Shown here: positions 1-11,279 of the stretch, piece after piece
Position numbering within the stretch: the first letter of the stretch is position 1
Layout of the letters: the number at the start of each line of letters is the position of its first letter
DNA from: the human T2T-CHM13v2.0 reference genome, Homo sapiens
NCBI RefSeq assembly: GCF_009914755.1
Contig: NC_060927.1
DNA: 64,000 nucleotides
Reading direction: 5' to 3' (one strand)
Position numbers and translations under genes: made by a program
Notes under the pieces: model-generated
Told to the model about the DNA's origin: nothing
Seen by the model: only the letters and a program-made list of their open reading frames with translations
The model's database searches: none

Positions 1-395
1 AAGGAAGATGAAAACATCACAGGCTCTTCTCCTGCTCAGAAGCCCTCAGTGGCTACCCAATACCAGTTTCTGGTCATGCCCACCTCTCCAGGAAATGAAG
101 GCTGCAGAAAGTGTCCCGTGTCTAAACCGTATGGCTAGAATGAACTGCTTCCAGTTCTGAGCAGCTTGTCCTCCTTTTGCTAGATTGTTGTGGCTCTGTG
201 TTGACTCTTGGAGATCTCCCTCACCCCCACCCTGAAGCAATTGCCTTCCTCCTCCAGCATACACTAGGAAAGCTCTGGACCCAGGAGGCTGAGCACACAA
301 GCACCTAACCCCAAATGCCAGTGGAGTATGGCATGCCAACTGGACTTCTGTGTGATCATAGACACCTCAGGGATCTCTGACCAGAGCCAAGATGT

Positions 396-549
396 TTTCA
401 GACAAGAAAATGCTGATTAGGGCTCCTGTACCAAGTTTGGGTATAAGGTGACACTTATACCTTACATTTATAAATGTAGACATTTCCAGCTGTCACCCTT
501 ATACCTGAACTTAGTACAAGAGCCCTAATCAGCATTTTCTTCCCTGAAA
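396..549. repeat. Long imperfect inverted repeat (arms 396-453 and 491-549, 37-nt loop)
   Basis: The left arm AGAAAATGCTGATTAGGGCTCCTGTACCAAGTTTGGGTATAAGGTGACA matches the reverse complement of the right arm (AGAAAATGCTGATTAGGGCTCTTGTACTAAGTTCAGGTATAAGGGTGACA) with 4 transitions and 1 indel. Confidence 0.95.
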
Positions 550-713
550 GTAAAGGGAGTCTTTCTTCTTAGTGGATCTTACATTCTTCTTAGAATGTGA
601 AGGGAATCTTTCTACCAGCTAATTAGAGGAGGTGCTCCTGTGTTGGGGGCTGAAATTAGGGCCACTTGAGAAGTTCTCAAAAATAATAATCATAAATTAA
701 ATAATATAAATGG

Positions 714-915
714 TAATAGCAATTGCCATTTTTTTGAGTGCTTACTACGAGCCAGGCAAACTAATTACTTATACAACTGTTATTATACCCATTTTGAAAG
801 TGAATTAACTAATAAGGTTCAGAGAAGTTCAAGCAGCTTGTTCTAGATCACACTGAAAAGCAAGGATTGGAACTGAGCCTATTTGCCTGAAGTGTGTTCT
901 CTGAGTTACCAAGCC
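714..915 (-). mobile_element. MIR SINE fragment
   Basis: TGAGTGCTTACTACGAGCCAGGCA...CCCATTTT...AAGGTTCAGAGAAGTT resembles the reverse-complemented MIR core and 3' end. Confidence 0.7.
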
Positions 916-999
916 ATATCCCCACCTGAGCTAGATGCCTTCTGGAAATTCCTACTGGCCACCTGAGTCCTGCCACACAGTGCAGGCAACATATGTACA

Positions 1000-1136
1000 C
1001 TCTGAGGCTTTGTGTCTATAAAATGGGAGTAATATTCAACCCACAGCGTTTTGCAAGGGTGAAATGAGGGGCCACACATAAATCACATAGTTTAGGTCCT
1101 GGTTGTTGGGAGTACTCAGTAAATGGTGGCTAGTAT
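1000..1136 (+). mobile_element. MIR SINE fragment
   Basis: TCTATAAAATGGGAGTAATA...AAATGAG...ACTCAGTAAATGGTGGCTA resembles the MIR core and tail. Confidence 0.65.
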
Positions 1137-1619
1137 CAGTTTACTTTCCTTCTAGCGATTTGGAAACATGATATAAAAATAGAAAATGAATGGGTCCCTG
1201 AGGTTTGTTGTAAAAAGTCGTCTTGCCTTCTGATAAAGGTCAATCCTTAACCTCCATGGATGTGGGGGTTTTGTGAACTTCATGGTTACGTGTAACTGTC
1301 ATCGTAATCATTTCTCCCCTTCGCCTTGCATGTTTGCAGAGATTGGAGCTGAGCTTTGCCTTGCTCCTGGGTGGATTCCCAGGCTGCTTGCCATATTGGA
1401 CCACTGGCTAGATTCTGGAACTTCAATATGTTGTATAGGCACATTGCTTGCTCATTCACACAGGCCTATGGCTTTTCATCCCTGCTATTAAGTCAAATAT
1501 CCTCTTCCGATTAAAGCCCAATTTCTGGGCCTATTAGTCCACATGAAGAGATTTCTTCAGTTAAATAACTGTTCAGAGATTTTCTTGTGACTGAAATGTC
1601 ATCCTCGGGGTCAATCTAT

Positions 1620-1913
1620 TGGGTTTCCAAAAGTGTGGTAAGTGCACCATCAGGGGGTGAGAGAGTTTCAGGACACATGTACCCACATCCTTTACACATT
1701 TATGTTAATGTACACTACAGAAAAATATAGGTAGCACAAAAACATATACATTATTTCACACTAATTATAATGTTCCTTTAAAAATAAGTTTATGAAAGTA
1801 AAACTGGTTCTTGGTTTTAGGGAAATAATGGTAACTAAAAGATAATACAATTAATGTGTGGATATGGTAAAACATTGTGGAGGGAACTGAAAAATTCAAA
1901 TGTGGAAACCTAT
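1620..1913. mobile_element. Probable old hAT-Charlie-type DNA transposon remnant (MER113-like)
   Basis: It starts GGGTTTCCAAAAGTGTGG and ends TGTGGAAACC (TIR-like), with an AT-rich interior. Confidence 0.35.
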
Positions 1914-2059
1914 GAATCCTTATGACCTCTGTCCCCATTTCCCAACACCATCCCTCTTGCACCCATCAAGTCTGTCATGGTCCCTGGTGGCCACTGCTCA
2001 ACCCCTGCCCTGTCCCACCTCCTCTCACCTGGCTGCTTCCTGGCTCTGCTTCAAGCCTC

Positions 2060-2293
2060 AGCTCTACTTGAAGGATCCCAGATTCCTCCCACTTGGGTTA
2101 GCTGCTTCTTCTCTTTGCCCACTCCATTCTCTGTGCTCCTCACCATCACAGCGTTCAGCCCTCTGTACTATCACGGTCTGTTCATGCATCTTTATCCCTG
2201 GGAGCTCCGTCAAGCAAAGGAGAGTGTCTTATTCGTGGCTGAATCTGCAGGCCTGGGGCACTGTCTTCTGCAGTAAATCTGCAGAATAAATGA
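2060..2293 (+). mobile_element. L2 LINE 3' end
   Basis: GAGCTCC...TGTCTTATTC...GGCACTGT...GAATAAATGAA follows the L2 3'-terminus pattern. Confidence 0.55.
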
Positions 2294-2983
2294 ACTAATA
2301 ATTGAATCCAGGCACCTTTGCCATCAGTCACTTCCAACTGAGGAAGACAAAAGACCAAGCATGCTCATTGATTACATTGATTCTTCTTGAAGTTACTTCA
2401 CCTCAGGCTCAAGGTTGGGCCATGTATATTACAACTCTCTAGGACTCCGTGGACATAACCCTGCTCACATGATTTCATTTGTGCTCTCTCTAAATGAAAA
2501 TACAGCAGCTGGGCAGGGCACCTGGTGGTGGGTCTCCCTGTAGAATAGAGCAGATGGCACCAAGCCTTTCATCTATTTTGCCCAGGAAGGGGAGAGCTCC
2601 TCTGCCTATTGGTGACCTCTAGCCTTACTCACAGTCCGGTATTTTCCAAACACAAAGTGCCTACTGCAATTTTGAAAGATATTCTGACATCCAATTTAAC
2701 AATTAACAATTTTTTTATTGTTTTTTTCCCACCATGGGGCTCAGCTCCTGCTGAGCTGTTTCACAGAGAGGGCAGTTTGCCAAGCATTAACTTGTCTGGC
2801 CCAGGGGGCATTACTGTACAGCTGATTTCATTTGAGTGAACATCATTCCTTTGGTCTTATTTGCAAACTGTCATATGCTGCTGAGATTTAGTTAACTGTT
2901 TATGGTTCTGAAACTCATGGCTAGCCAGAGTGCAAGAAAACTGAGCATCTCTTCCAGACTCCTGTGCAATAGATCTAACCTAT

Positions 2984-3206
2984 TAGGAGATGGCAAAATG
3001 TTTCCACTGAAGGTGAGATAGTTATTATATTAGGCTTTGTGGACCATATGGTCTCTTTTGCCACTATTCGTCTCTGCTATTGTCCGGTGAAAGCCGTCAT
3101 TGACAATATTTAAATTGATGGGTGTGGCTGTGCTCCCATAAAGCTTTATTGATAAAAACAGGTGGAGGGTTGCGGTGGTATATGTACCATAGTTTACTGA
3201 ATCCTT
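2984..3206 (-). mobile_element. MER58A (hAT-Charlie) DNA transposon
   Basis: AGATAGTTATTATATTAGGCTTTGTGGACCATATGGTCTC...GGGTGTGGCTGTGCTCCCATAAAGCTTTATT...AAAAACAGG is collinear with the reverse complement of MER58A. Confidence 0.85.
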
Positions 3207-3781
3207 GTGTAACTTAATGATTAAGACCTTCTGCTCTGTAATTGGGCCAACCTGGACATGACCTGCCTAAGGTGGACTGGAGGGGTGGTGGCTAGAGTCA
3301 GAGAGCTTGGGGCAGACTTCAGGAACCTAAAATATTTGTAAAAGCCTCACCAACTAAATCCTGATCCCAGGGACTATCTAGTCAGCCTCATTAGGCAGTC
3401 CCTACCAATGGGTCTTGCAGTCATTCTTGAAAGCTGGTTTCAGGAGAATCTTAGTATACTGTAACATGGCTAACCACCACAGAAAGGTATAAACAAAGCA
3501 AGCCTCCCAGAATATAACATGAGTGGTGAAAAGCAGATGGTTCATGATCAGTGTTAAAAAGCCAGTGTTCCTGGACTAAAGCACCAGGAAAAGGAACCGT
3601 CAGTAACTGTGGACTCTGATTTCTTGGCAAATGGTGAGACCTTCTCTGGAGAGTCAATGGGAAAAGTAGAAACATATAAGCAGGTGACTCAGGAGAGGGC
3701 GGCCGTAGTGAAAGGCTGGAGGAGAGTCTCCAAGAGGAAACATTACGTATTTGTGTATTTGTAAATTATTTATTTGTATAT

Positions 3782-3940
3782 TTGTTCATCCATTCATTCA
3801 TAAGTCTTTACTAGATCCCTATAAATGCCAGGCACACCTTTACTCTAAGGGAGCTCACAGTCTAAAAGGGGAGTTAATGGGGAAATTAAAAACAACATGA
3901 GAAGTGCCGCAATAGCGGCAGGAATCCCGAGGGAGGGCTG
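3782..3940 (-). mobile_element. L2 LINE 3' fragment
   Basis: TTCATCCATTCATTCA...TGCCAGGCAC...AAGGGAGCTCACAGTCTA motifs. Confidence 0.6.
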
Positions 3941-6286
3941 TGGAGCTGGTTTGTGAGGGTTTGGGCCTTCTGGATTAGGGATCTGAAAGGAGGCAAGGAG
4001 GCCGTTTCCAGACAACACCTAGCTGTTCACCACATGCAGGCAGCACCAGGTTTGCCCCTAGGAGAGGCTGGCTTGAGAAGCTTGGCCCCAAGCTGCCATC
4101 ACCCCCTTCTCCCCCACACCAGGGCCCATGTTGCTGGCTTTGAAGGAAGTGCCTTGATGACCAGACCCTGCCTGGTCCCCACTCTGGCCCCCAGGCTACC
4201 GGCCCACCTCTACGCTCTGAGCCCCCAGAGTTTCCCTGAGCACTGGGGAGAGATTTACCGCACTCCATACACGATGGGGAAGTCATCCCTTTTCCAGCCC
4301 ATGATGCGAAGCAAGCATAATCAGCTGCCGCACACATGTAATTAGAAGAAATAAGACCAGTAAGAGGAAATTGGTTAAGTAAGCCCAAAATGACTTTTTT
4401 ATAATGAAGAAATAAATCTCAGATAAAAGAAGCTAACTGAAGCCAGAGCACACACTATCTTTCCTTTTGTCGCACAACCTATTTTCAGAAGAGAAGCCAA
4501 GATCACCTTACAAAGCAGGGTTCCACCTCATTCAGACCATGGGGTTGGTGATTCTGCTTCTGGTGCGCAGGTGGAGGGGGTTTTGGGTGAATCCCATGTG
4601 CACTGGTGCACTTCTGTAGACCCAGGCAGCTGCTTCTCTGATCCCAGGACTCCCGATTGCATTTTTATCTCAGTCGTGTTCCCTGTGGCAGAATCTGCAT
4701 CCCTGGGCTGGGCCCTGTCTCCTCATACCCCTTCCTCTAAATGTATTTGATGTAACTTCCCATTGGGCAGCTGCCCCTCATGCATGCTCACCGCCCCTCA
4801 CTCCCCTCTCACTCCCTCCTCCTTTGCTCTGGGAAATTCTTTTCAGCTGTCAGTCCCACTTCTACATTTCTATGGCAACCACAACCCCCAGCCTCATTGC
4901 CTTTCCCCACCTTGCATTTATCCCCACCCGCCCTCTTCCTTTTGCAAGTAGGATTTTCTAGGAAAGCTGCTGATAGACTGGGGTTCCAGTAATTTTCTTC
5001 ATAAAATAAACAGTTGAGCAGAGGGAGTTGGGGGCAGCAGGACCAGCTGAGGGGGCCACTGGGAAACAGAGAGTCGAGAAAGCAAGCAGTACAGTGCAGT
5101 GCACATATGAAGGAAGAGTCCTGGGTGCAGCAGTTGACAGCCTCAAATCCACCTGGGCCCACAGTACTGAGCGAGGTGTGGCAGCCTCCCCCGAGGCATG
5201 CAGGGACAGAGTGCCAAGTGTTAGCACTGACTGGTTGCCATCACAGCTGCACAGCCAGGAAGGGGCAAGGCGGGTCAGGCCCCAGAGGAGACATGCCTGC
5301 CAGGCTGCTCTGACACAGACCAAAGGGAGCGAGGACATAAGCTGCAGCCCGCAGGGGAAATTATCCCAAATATCCTCATTACAAAGGCAAGTGCCTCTGA
5401 ACCCATCAGTGCTTAACTGCCGGAAGTGCCCTCTCCTTGGAAGACAGGGCCATTTTACCAACTCTAATGGCCATTTACATCCATCCTAGTCCACTGAGAG
5501 TCCCAGGCTCCTCTGGGTACTGCAGGCTGCCAAGCAGGTGTCAGGGAGAGGGCAGGTGCAGGAAAGCGATGGCCAACAGGAGGGCACATGGCTGGGGGCC
5601 AAGGAGGCAGGCCACTTAGCTGGAGGGAGTAAGCATGTAGGAGCTCAGAGAAGAGGGTAAATATTATTACGTGACTTTTTATAAATGAAAGAAATATGTT
5701 TTTGGCTGCTAATGACCTTCAAATTAGCAGCTTTTTCAGAAAACACTTATGTATTTTTAATTCCAAACATAGCTGAGTGTCAGTTGCAGCAGCAATGAAA
5801 GCAGCAGGGCAGCTGGATAGTTTTAAATAAGAGGGAACCGAGATCATTATTTTTGAAACTGTCAGCTTTTACGCCTCTTAATGGATTCACTTTCTGTCAT
5901 CTCCCCCGACCCTGCTATGGTCTTTGAAGATTCCCAGGCATTCTCTGTGGGATAGAGGAAGAGAGGCACAGCCTTGTCATGTGGAAGGACCTGGGCTTTA
6001 GTTCCCACCTTGTCTATAAGGGCATGACAGTAACTGGCAGGGAGACTTAGCACAAAGTGTTTCCAAAGAGCATGGGAGAGAAAAGAATTTCAGCCTGGGA
6101 TACAGGGACTCAGGGTTTCTTTCTCTAGCCTTCTTCTGATTTCATGTTAGAAAAAGAGATCAGTGACCTGAGAGCATCTGAAGGAGGAATGGAGAGGACA
6201 ATGACAAAGACAATGAGGGAGAGAAGGAGACAGATAGAGAAATGCCATGAGAGGTTGAGGGATAGGGAGGATGAGCAAGCAATAGG

Positions 6287-6478
6287 TCAGCGCTTCGCAA
6301 TGTGTGGGTCTCTGGCCAGCCACAGCAGCAGCAGCTTCACCTGAGAGCTTAGAAATGCAACTTCCCATGCCCCAGCCCAGATGCACTGGATCAGGAACTC
6401 AGGGAGAGGACCCACGATCTGTGTTTTTATAAGCCTTTCAGGTGGTTCTTATGCTCACAAAAGTATGATGACCACTGA
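6287..6478. mobile_element. MER5A (hAT-Charlie) DNA transposon
   Basis: AGCAGCAGCTTCACCTGAGAGCTTAGAAATGCAA...ATCTGTGTTTTTATAAGCC...GACCACTG matches the MER5A layout. Confidence 0.75.
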
Positions 6479-6950
6479 CCTAGAGCAGAGGAATCATGGC
6501 AGAGAGAGGAAGAGAGGAGTCAATGGCAATGGAGAAGGAGGAAAACAAGAGAGAAGAAAAATGTGGGGATGAGTCAGTGGGGCTCCAGACCTCTGGCCTT
6601 CCACAAATACACTCCACATTGTTTTGGAACCATCAGCCCTCAGGGGACTGTTCCACTGACACTGCCACCCAGTCTCACCACGTGGAGCCTCTCTTTACCA
6701 GTGGGGTTCCTAGCAGAGCTGACCTCTAAGTCGCCAGTGACCCCCAGCTATACCAGGCTTCTTCCAACACAGGGAGAGGGTGCAACATCATTTCACTGGT
6801 CTGAAAAAATGGGGTTTCTGCTCCTCTTTTGCTCACGTGGACTCCTGAGCAGCCTTTTTCACTGTGCACTTCACTTTTATTTTCAGCTACCAGAAAGATC
6901 AGCTACCAGGTTAAATTTTAGATAAAAGTTGAGCTCTTTTCCAAGCTGTG

Positions 6951-7286
6951 AGGCCAGTGGACAAACAGAAAAAATATTGCCTATTTGTTCTTGGAGCACC
7001 TAGCACTTAAAGCATGATTGGCCCTAAGTTAACAATGATTGTTCAAAGTTAACAAACGTATGCTTTCTATAAATCTAGCCAATAGACCTTTATTAAGTTT
7101 CTAGTTTGTGCAGAGGTAACTCTGGCCTGACTGCTGCCTCCTTGGTAAAACCGGGGGTAAGAACCCTTGCCAAGAGGCCCCGACGTCACCCAGACCTCAG
7201 ACTGGTACTCACTTTCTCCAAAGACTGTGATCTTCTCAGGCCCCATGACCAAATAGGAAATATTCTTGCTGTTTGTCCACTGGCCT
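6951..7286. repeat. Inverted repeat, 37-bp arms (6951-6987 and 7250-7286), 262-bp spacer
   Basis: AGGCCAGTGGACAAACAGAAAAAATATTGCCTATTTG versus the reverse complement of the right arm, AGGCCAGTGGACAAACAGCAAGAATATTTCCTATTTG: 34/37 identical. Confidence 0.92.
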
Positions 7287-7371
7287 GTTTGTCCACAGCC
7301 ACTCTGGAAATGTGAAAACATCTTAAGGAGGTTCCTGGGACTATTCTGATCTTGGCACAGCTAAGTAAAAC

Positions 7372-7752
7372 CATTCATTTGACAATATTTACTTATTAGA
7401 GACTCTAAGCCACCTGGAAACAGGCACTATTTTCAGGTATTTGGGATTCGTCACTAAACAAAACACAGATCTAGGTCCACCATAGGATTTAGCAAGAAGC
7501 ACCAATAACTAACACTAAACGTAATTCATAAATTATCTAGTACCTTTGAAGATGAAAAGTACACAGAAAGAAGAAAAGTTGGAGAGTGGGGAAAGAGTTG
7601 TTTTGAATTAAATTAAGGTGATCAGGACAGAACTCACTGAAAACGTGGGATTTGAGCAAATATTTGAAGTAAAGGGAGTGAGCCATGATGGAAGAGTCTT
7701 TCAGGCAGAAGCTGCTGGAGCTATCACCTGGTGTATTCAAAGAATAGCAAGT
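7372..7752 (-). mobile_element. L2 LINE fragment
   Basis: CATTCATTTGACAATATTT...CAGGCACTATT...GATTTGAGCAAA...GGAGTGAGCCATG...CAGGCAGA motifs. Confidence 0.65.
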
Positions 7753-7772
7753 TGACTTTCCAATTGCTATAT

Positions 7773-7915
7773 AATTTAAGCCTCATCATGCCCTAATGTA
7801 CTAGGTATTATTACTAGCATTTCACAAATGTAAAACCTGAGGCTTAGGAAGGCTGCATGGATTGGCAAAGGCTGTCCCAATAGTGTGTGGCAGAGCTGTT
7901 ATTCCAATCCTGACT
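7773..7915 (-). mobile_element. MIR SINE fragment
   Basis: TAGGTATTATTA...CATTTCACAAATGTAAAACCTGAGGCTTAG...TGGCAGAGCTG. Confidence 0.65.
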
Positions 7916-8422
7916 GAACCGATCCTAAAACACATATTATTTTTTAAAATACACCTTGCTTCCCAGTGTGTGAAGATGGGTGTGGGGATGCTGACAAAAA
8001 ATAAGACACAGAGGCCAGCCACAGAGACAAGAGAGATGCCACAGTCAGTAGGCACCGGCACACGGCAAGGGAGTTCCGACCATATATGGTTTGACCATCA
8101 GACAGTGAAGGAGACATCTCCGCCAAGAACAATGGTCTCACACTGGAAAGCATGAAATTCATGCCCAAGAGAAGGTACAAGTCCTACGCCATAACAAAAA
8201 AATTAAAGAGAAGGCTGCCATACTAAGAGTATTTAAACCTCCTGTCCCAAATGACTGATGTCACAAGACTCTGCCAGAAGTTGTCTGATGGGAAGGAATT
8301 GAGGCAATCTGGGTGAACATTGCTGGGAAAGTCAATAGCCAAAATGTGGTGGATGAACATCATGAAGTCCTATGTGTTCCAGAAAATGGGCTACTAGACT
8401 TTCACATAACCACCTGCATAGA

Positions 8423-8780
8423 TTTTTAAATTTTATTTTAATTTATAATAGACAATAATTGTACATATTATGAATATGTATATAGTGATGTTTTGATGCA
8501 TGTAATATACAATGATCAGATCAAGATAATTCCCATATCATCTCAAACATTTATCACTTATTTGTATTGGGAACCATGGATGTCCTTCTTTTATCTATTT
8601 GAAACTATATAATACATTATTGTTAACTGTAGTCATCCTACAGTGCTATAGAACACTAGAACTTACTCTTCCTATCTAGCTGTAATTTTGTGTCCTTTAA
8701 CAAATCTCTCCCCTTCCCTTCCTTCCCCCTACCCTTCCCAGCCTCTAGTATCCTCTGTTCTACCTTTTACTTCTATGAGA
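8423..8780 (-). mobile_element. L1MA (about L1MA4-6) 3' end
   Basis: T-rich tail followed by TTGTTAACTGTAGTCATCCTACAGTGCTATAGAACACTAGAACTTA, typical of the L1MA 3'UTR. Confidence 0.8.
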
Positions 8781-8966
8781 ACCACTTATTTAAAGATCAT
8801 AGGTTTGAATGGGCAAAAGAAGAGAAGGATGGGTATATAATATGACAATACACATTTTATAAGAATAAACACAACCAAAATATCTGTACTGAACACAATA
8901 TAATGACTGTTTATGCTTCGGAAGGATGAAGATAATCTACCCCTTCCTCAATTACTTCATTTGCTG

Positions 8967-9088
8967 CATATATATACATATATGTATATATACACATATA
9001 TACGTATATATATATATACGTATATACATATATACGTATATATATATATCTGTTATGCATATATAAACAGATATGTATATATCTGTTT
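8967..9088. repeat. (TA)n-rich compound microsatellite
   Basis: Directly visible TATA/TACA/TACG runs. Confidence 0.9.
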
Positions 9089-9099
9089 GTGGATATCCG

Positions 9100-10705
9100 A
9101 AATGCTTCATTAGTCTGTCAACTTTTATTCCAGGCAGCGCTATCTTAATTAACACAGCCTCAGTGCACATTTTAATGTATAATGTGAGTCATCTATCTTT
9201 ATCCACTTTTTATAATTCTCATAGCTGTTTTTGTCTGTACATTTTCCAGGTAAATCATGGGATAATTTCGTAAAATTCCAAAACATCAATATGTTTACTG
9301 ATACAGCTCTAAGTATTAAATTGATATGAAGAGAATGGACATATTTACCAGATATATCTTCTTATTTACAAATATGGCATTTCTGTCCATTTCTTCAAGT
9401 AGTCTCTTATAGTCCTCAGCAAAATTTTGTACTTTTCATACATATGCTGTATATTTCTTGCTAAAATTTTATATAGTTTATATTTTGCTGTAGTCAGGGA
9501 TCTATTCTTTTTTATTATAATTTCTAATTGTTTTAAAATATATTTTAATAACTGCCCAACATATTGAGCATTATTTTTGTTAAATAGTTATTTAAGGGAT
9601 TTTATTATTTTTGTTCTTTTTTTATTTAGGCATATAATAGTACAGTCTATAATAAAAGAGAGTATTAATTCTAAGTCATCAATTTTTAAATCTAATTTTC
9701 CTGCCTTATCACATAGTCTAGAACTTGTACAAAAATATTCAGTAATAGTATTGGCAAACATAGTTATCTTTTTTCTTACTTAAATGAAAATGTCTTCATT
9801 GTTTCACAGTGAGATATAATTTTGGTTGCTGCTATTATACACATATTGAAATAAGGGCATTTCTATCTTTGTTTTACTAATAATTTTTATTTAGAATGGA
9901 TATTGTATTTTTTCAAATGCATTTTAGCATTTAGAAAGAAGATAATATATTAAACCAGAATTGAATTCATAAAGTAAACTCTACTTTATCTTGGCATATT
10001 TTGTTTTTAATTTACTAGTGGATCTGATATATTACAATTTTACATAAAATTCTTGCTTCTGTATTAATAACTATGATTACTGGATAGTTTCCTTATTTGT
10101 GTATTCATGCTAGCCTTTTCAGCATTTTACTATCAATGGTCCTAATTGTCATTTTAATTAAACTATAAGGGAAACAATGTCAAAATTTGAGTCAACAGCT
10201 TGATAAATTCAACATCTTGGTAAACTCAAGCAAATTCACTCATGTAACTATCACCCAAATCAGGAAATAAATTCACTGGCATTAAGCATCCTCCCACTAA
10301 CTATGCCCCCAAACTGTTTTGCATTCTTTTGAACCTTATACAAGTGGAGTAGTATAGTATATATTATTCTGTGCTTGATTTGTTCTGCTCAAATCATATT
10401 TGTGAAATTCATGTTTTTATAATAGTAATTCATTCATTTTGACAGCTGTATAGTATTTATTTGTATGATCATATAATAATTTGTTTCTTTACTCCATTAT
10501 TATACATTTGGACTGTTTTCAGTTTTCTATTATTATGAATAACTGTACTATGAATACTCTGACATGTGCTCTTTGGTGTACATGTTTTTGATACATGCAT
10601 GCATGCACTTCTATTACTACATACCTATAAGTAATATTGCCGGATCATAGGACATATACATGTGCTGCTTTAGTAGGCACTTTCAAATATTTTCCAAAGT
10701 GGTGA
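9100..10705 (-). mobile_element. Old L1M/L1ME fragments (ORF2 part about 9100-10120; 3' region about 10236-10705)
   Basis: Very T-rich, with degenerate antisense L1 motifs such as GAGAATGGACATATTTAC, CATTTGGACTGTTTTCAGTTTT and TTTCCAAAGTGGT. Confidence 0.6.
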
Positions 10706-10982
10706 AATAAGATGTAAAGTTTCTCCCAAAGGGACAGCTGCCAATTTTTTAATCTAAATCCAAGAAGCTCTTGGGGCCAACTTGGCTGAGTCCTTGAATA
10801 TACTATTTTCATTTGATAAGTGAGACTTGTTGAACACTTTCCAACTTGTTAGTCACTGAGTCTGAGCTGACCCACCACAAAATGTGCAGAGAGTAACAAG
10901 CACCTCATGGATCAGGTGTTCACTTTTGACAAGTGCAAGCTAATGGATGCTTTTCCAAAGGGGTGTACCTTAGAAGAATGCA

Positions 10983-11272
10983 GGAGAAGTCAGAGGGGAA
11001 GTCAATGTGATGATGGAGGCCATAACTGGAATGATGCAATTTGAGGATGGAGGAAGGAGTCAGTAACCAAAGGATACAGGTGACTATTAGAAATAGGCAA
11101 GAAAATGGATTTTCCATGCAAAGCCTCAGAAGGAAACAGCCCTACCAACTCCAATGGCCCAATGAAAATATCTTTAGACTTCTGACCTCCAGAACCATAA
11201 GAGAATATATTTGTGTTGTTTTAAGTCACTAAATTGTGACAGCTTGTTATGGTAACAATAGGAAACTGGGAC
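10983..11272 (+). mobile_element. MLT1D-like MaLR LTR (3' portion)
   Basis: GACTTCTGACCTCCAGAACCATAAGAGAATATATTTGTGTTGTTTTAAGTCACTAAATT...AATAGGAAACT is a MaLR LTR 3' end. Confidence 0.8.
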
Positions 11273-11279
11273 AAGTAAT

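Noticed and set aside
3953-5619. Cluster of overlapping 100-167 aa ORFs in a GC-richer zone as a host gene
   Set aside because: They occur on both strands in several frames with no recognisable domain or consistent splice structure, as expected by chance at higher GC.
8595-8705. Inverted similarity to 24586-24714 as a local duplication
   Set aside because: The mismatch density fits two independent copies of the same L1MA family.
9065-9088. 10-bp stem AAACAGATAT/ATATCTGTTT
   Set aside because: It lies within a self-complementary TA-rich microsatellite, where such stems are common.
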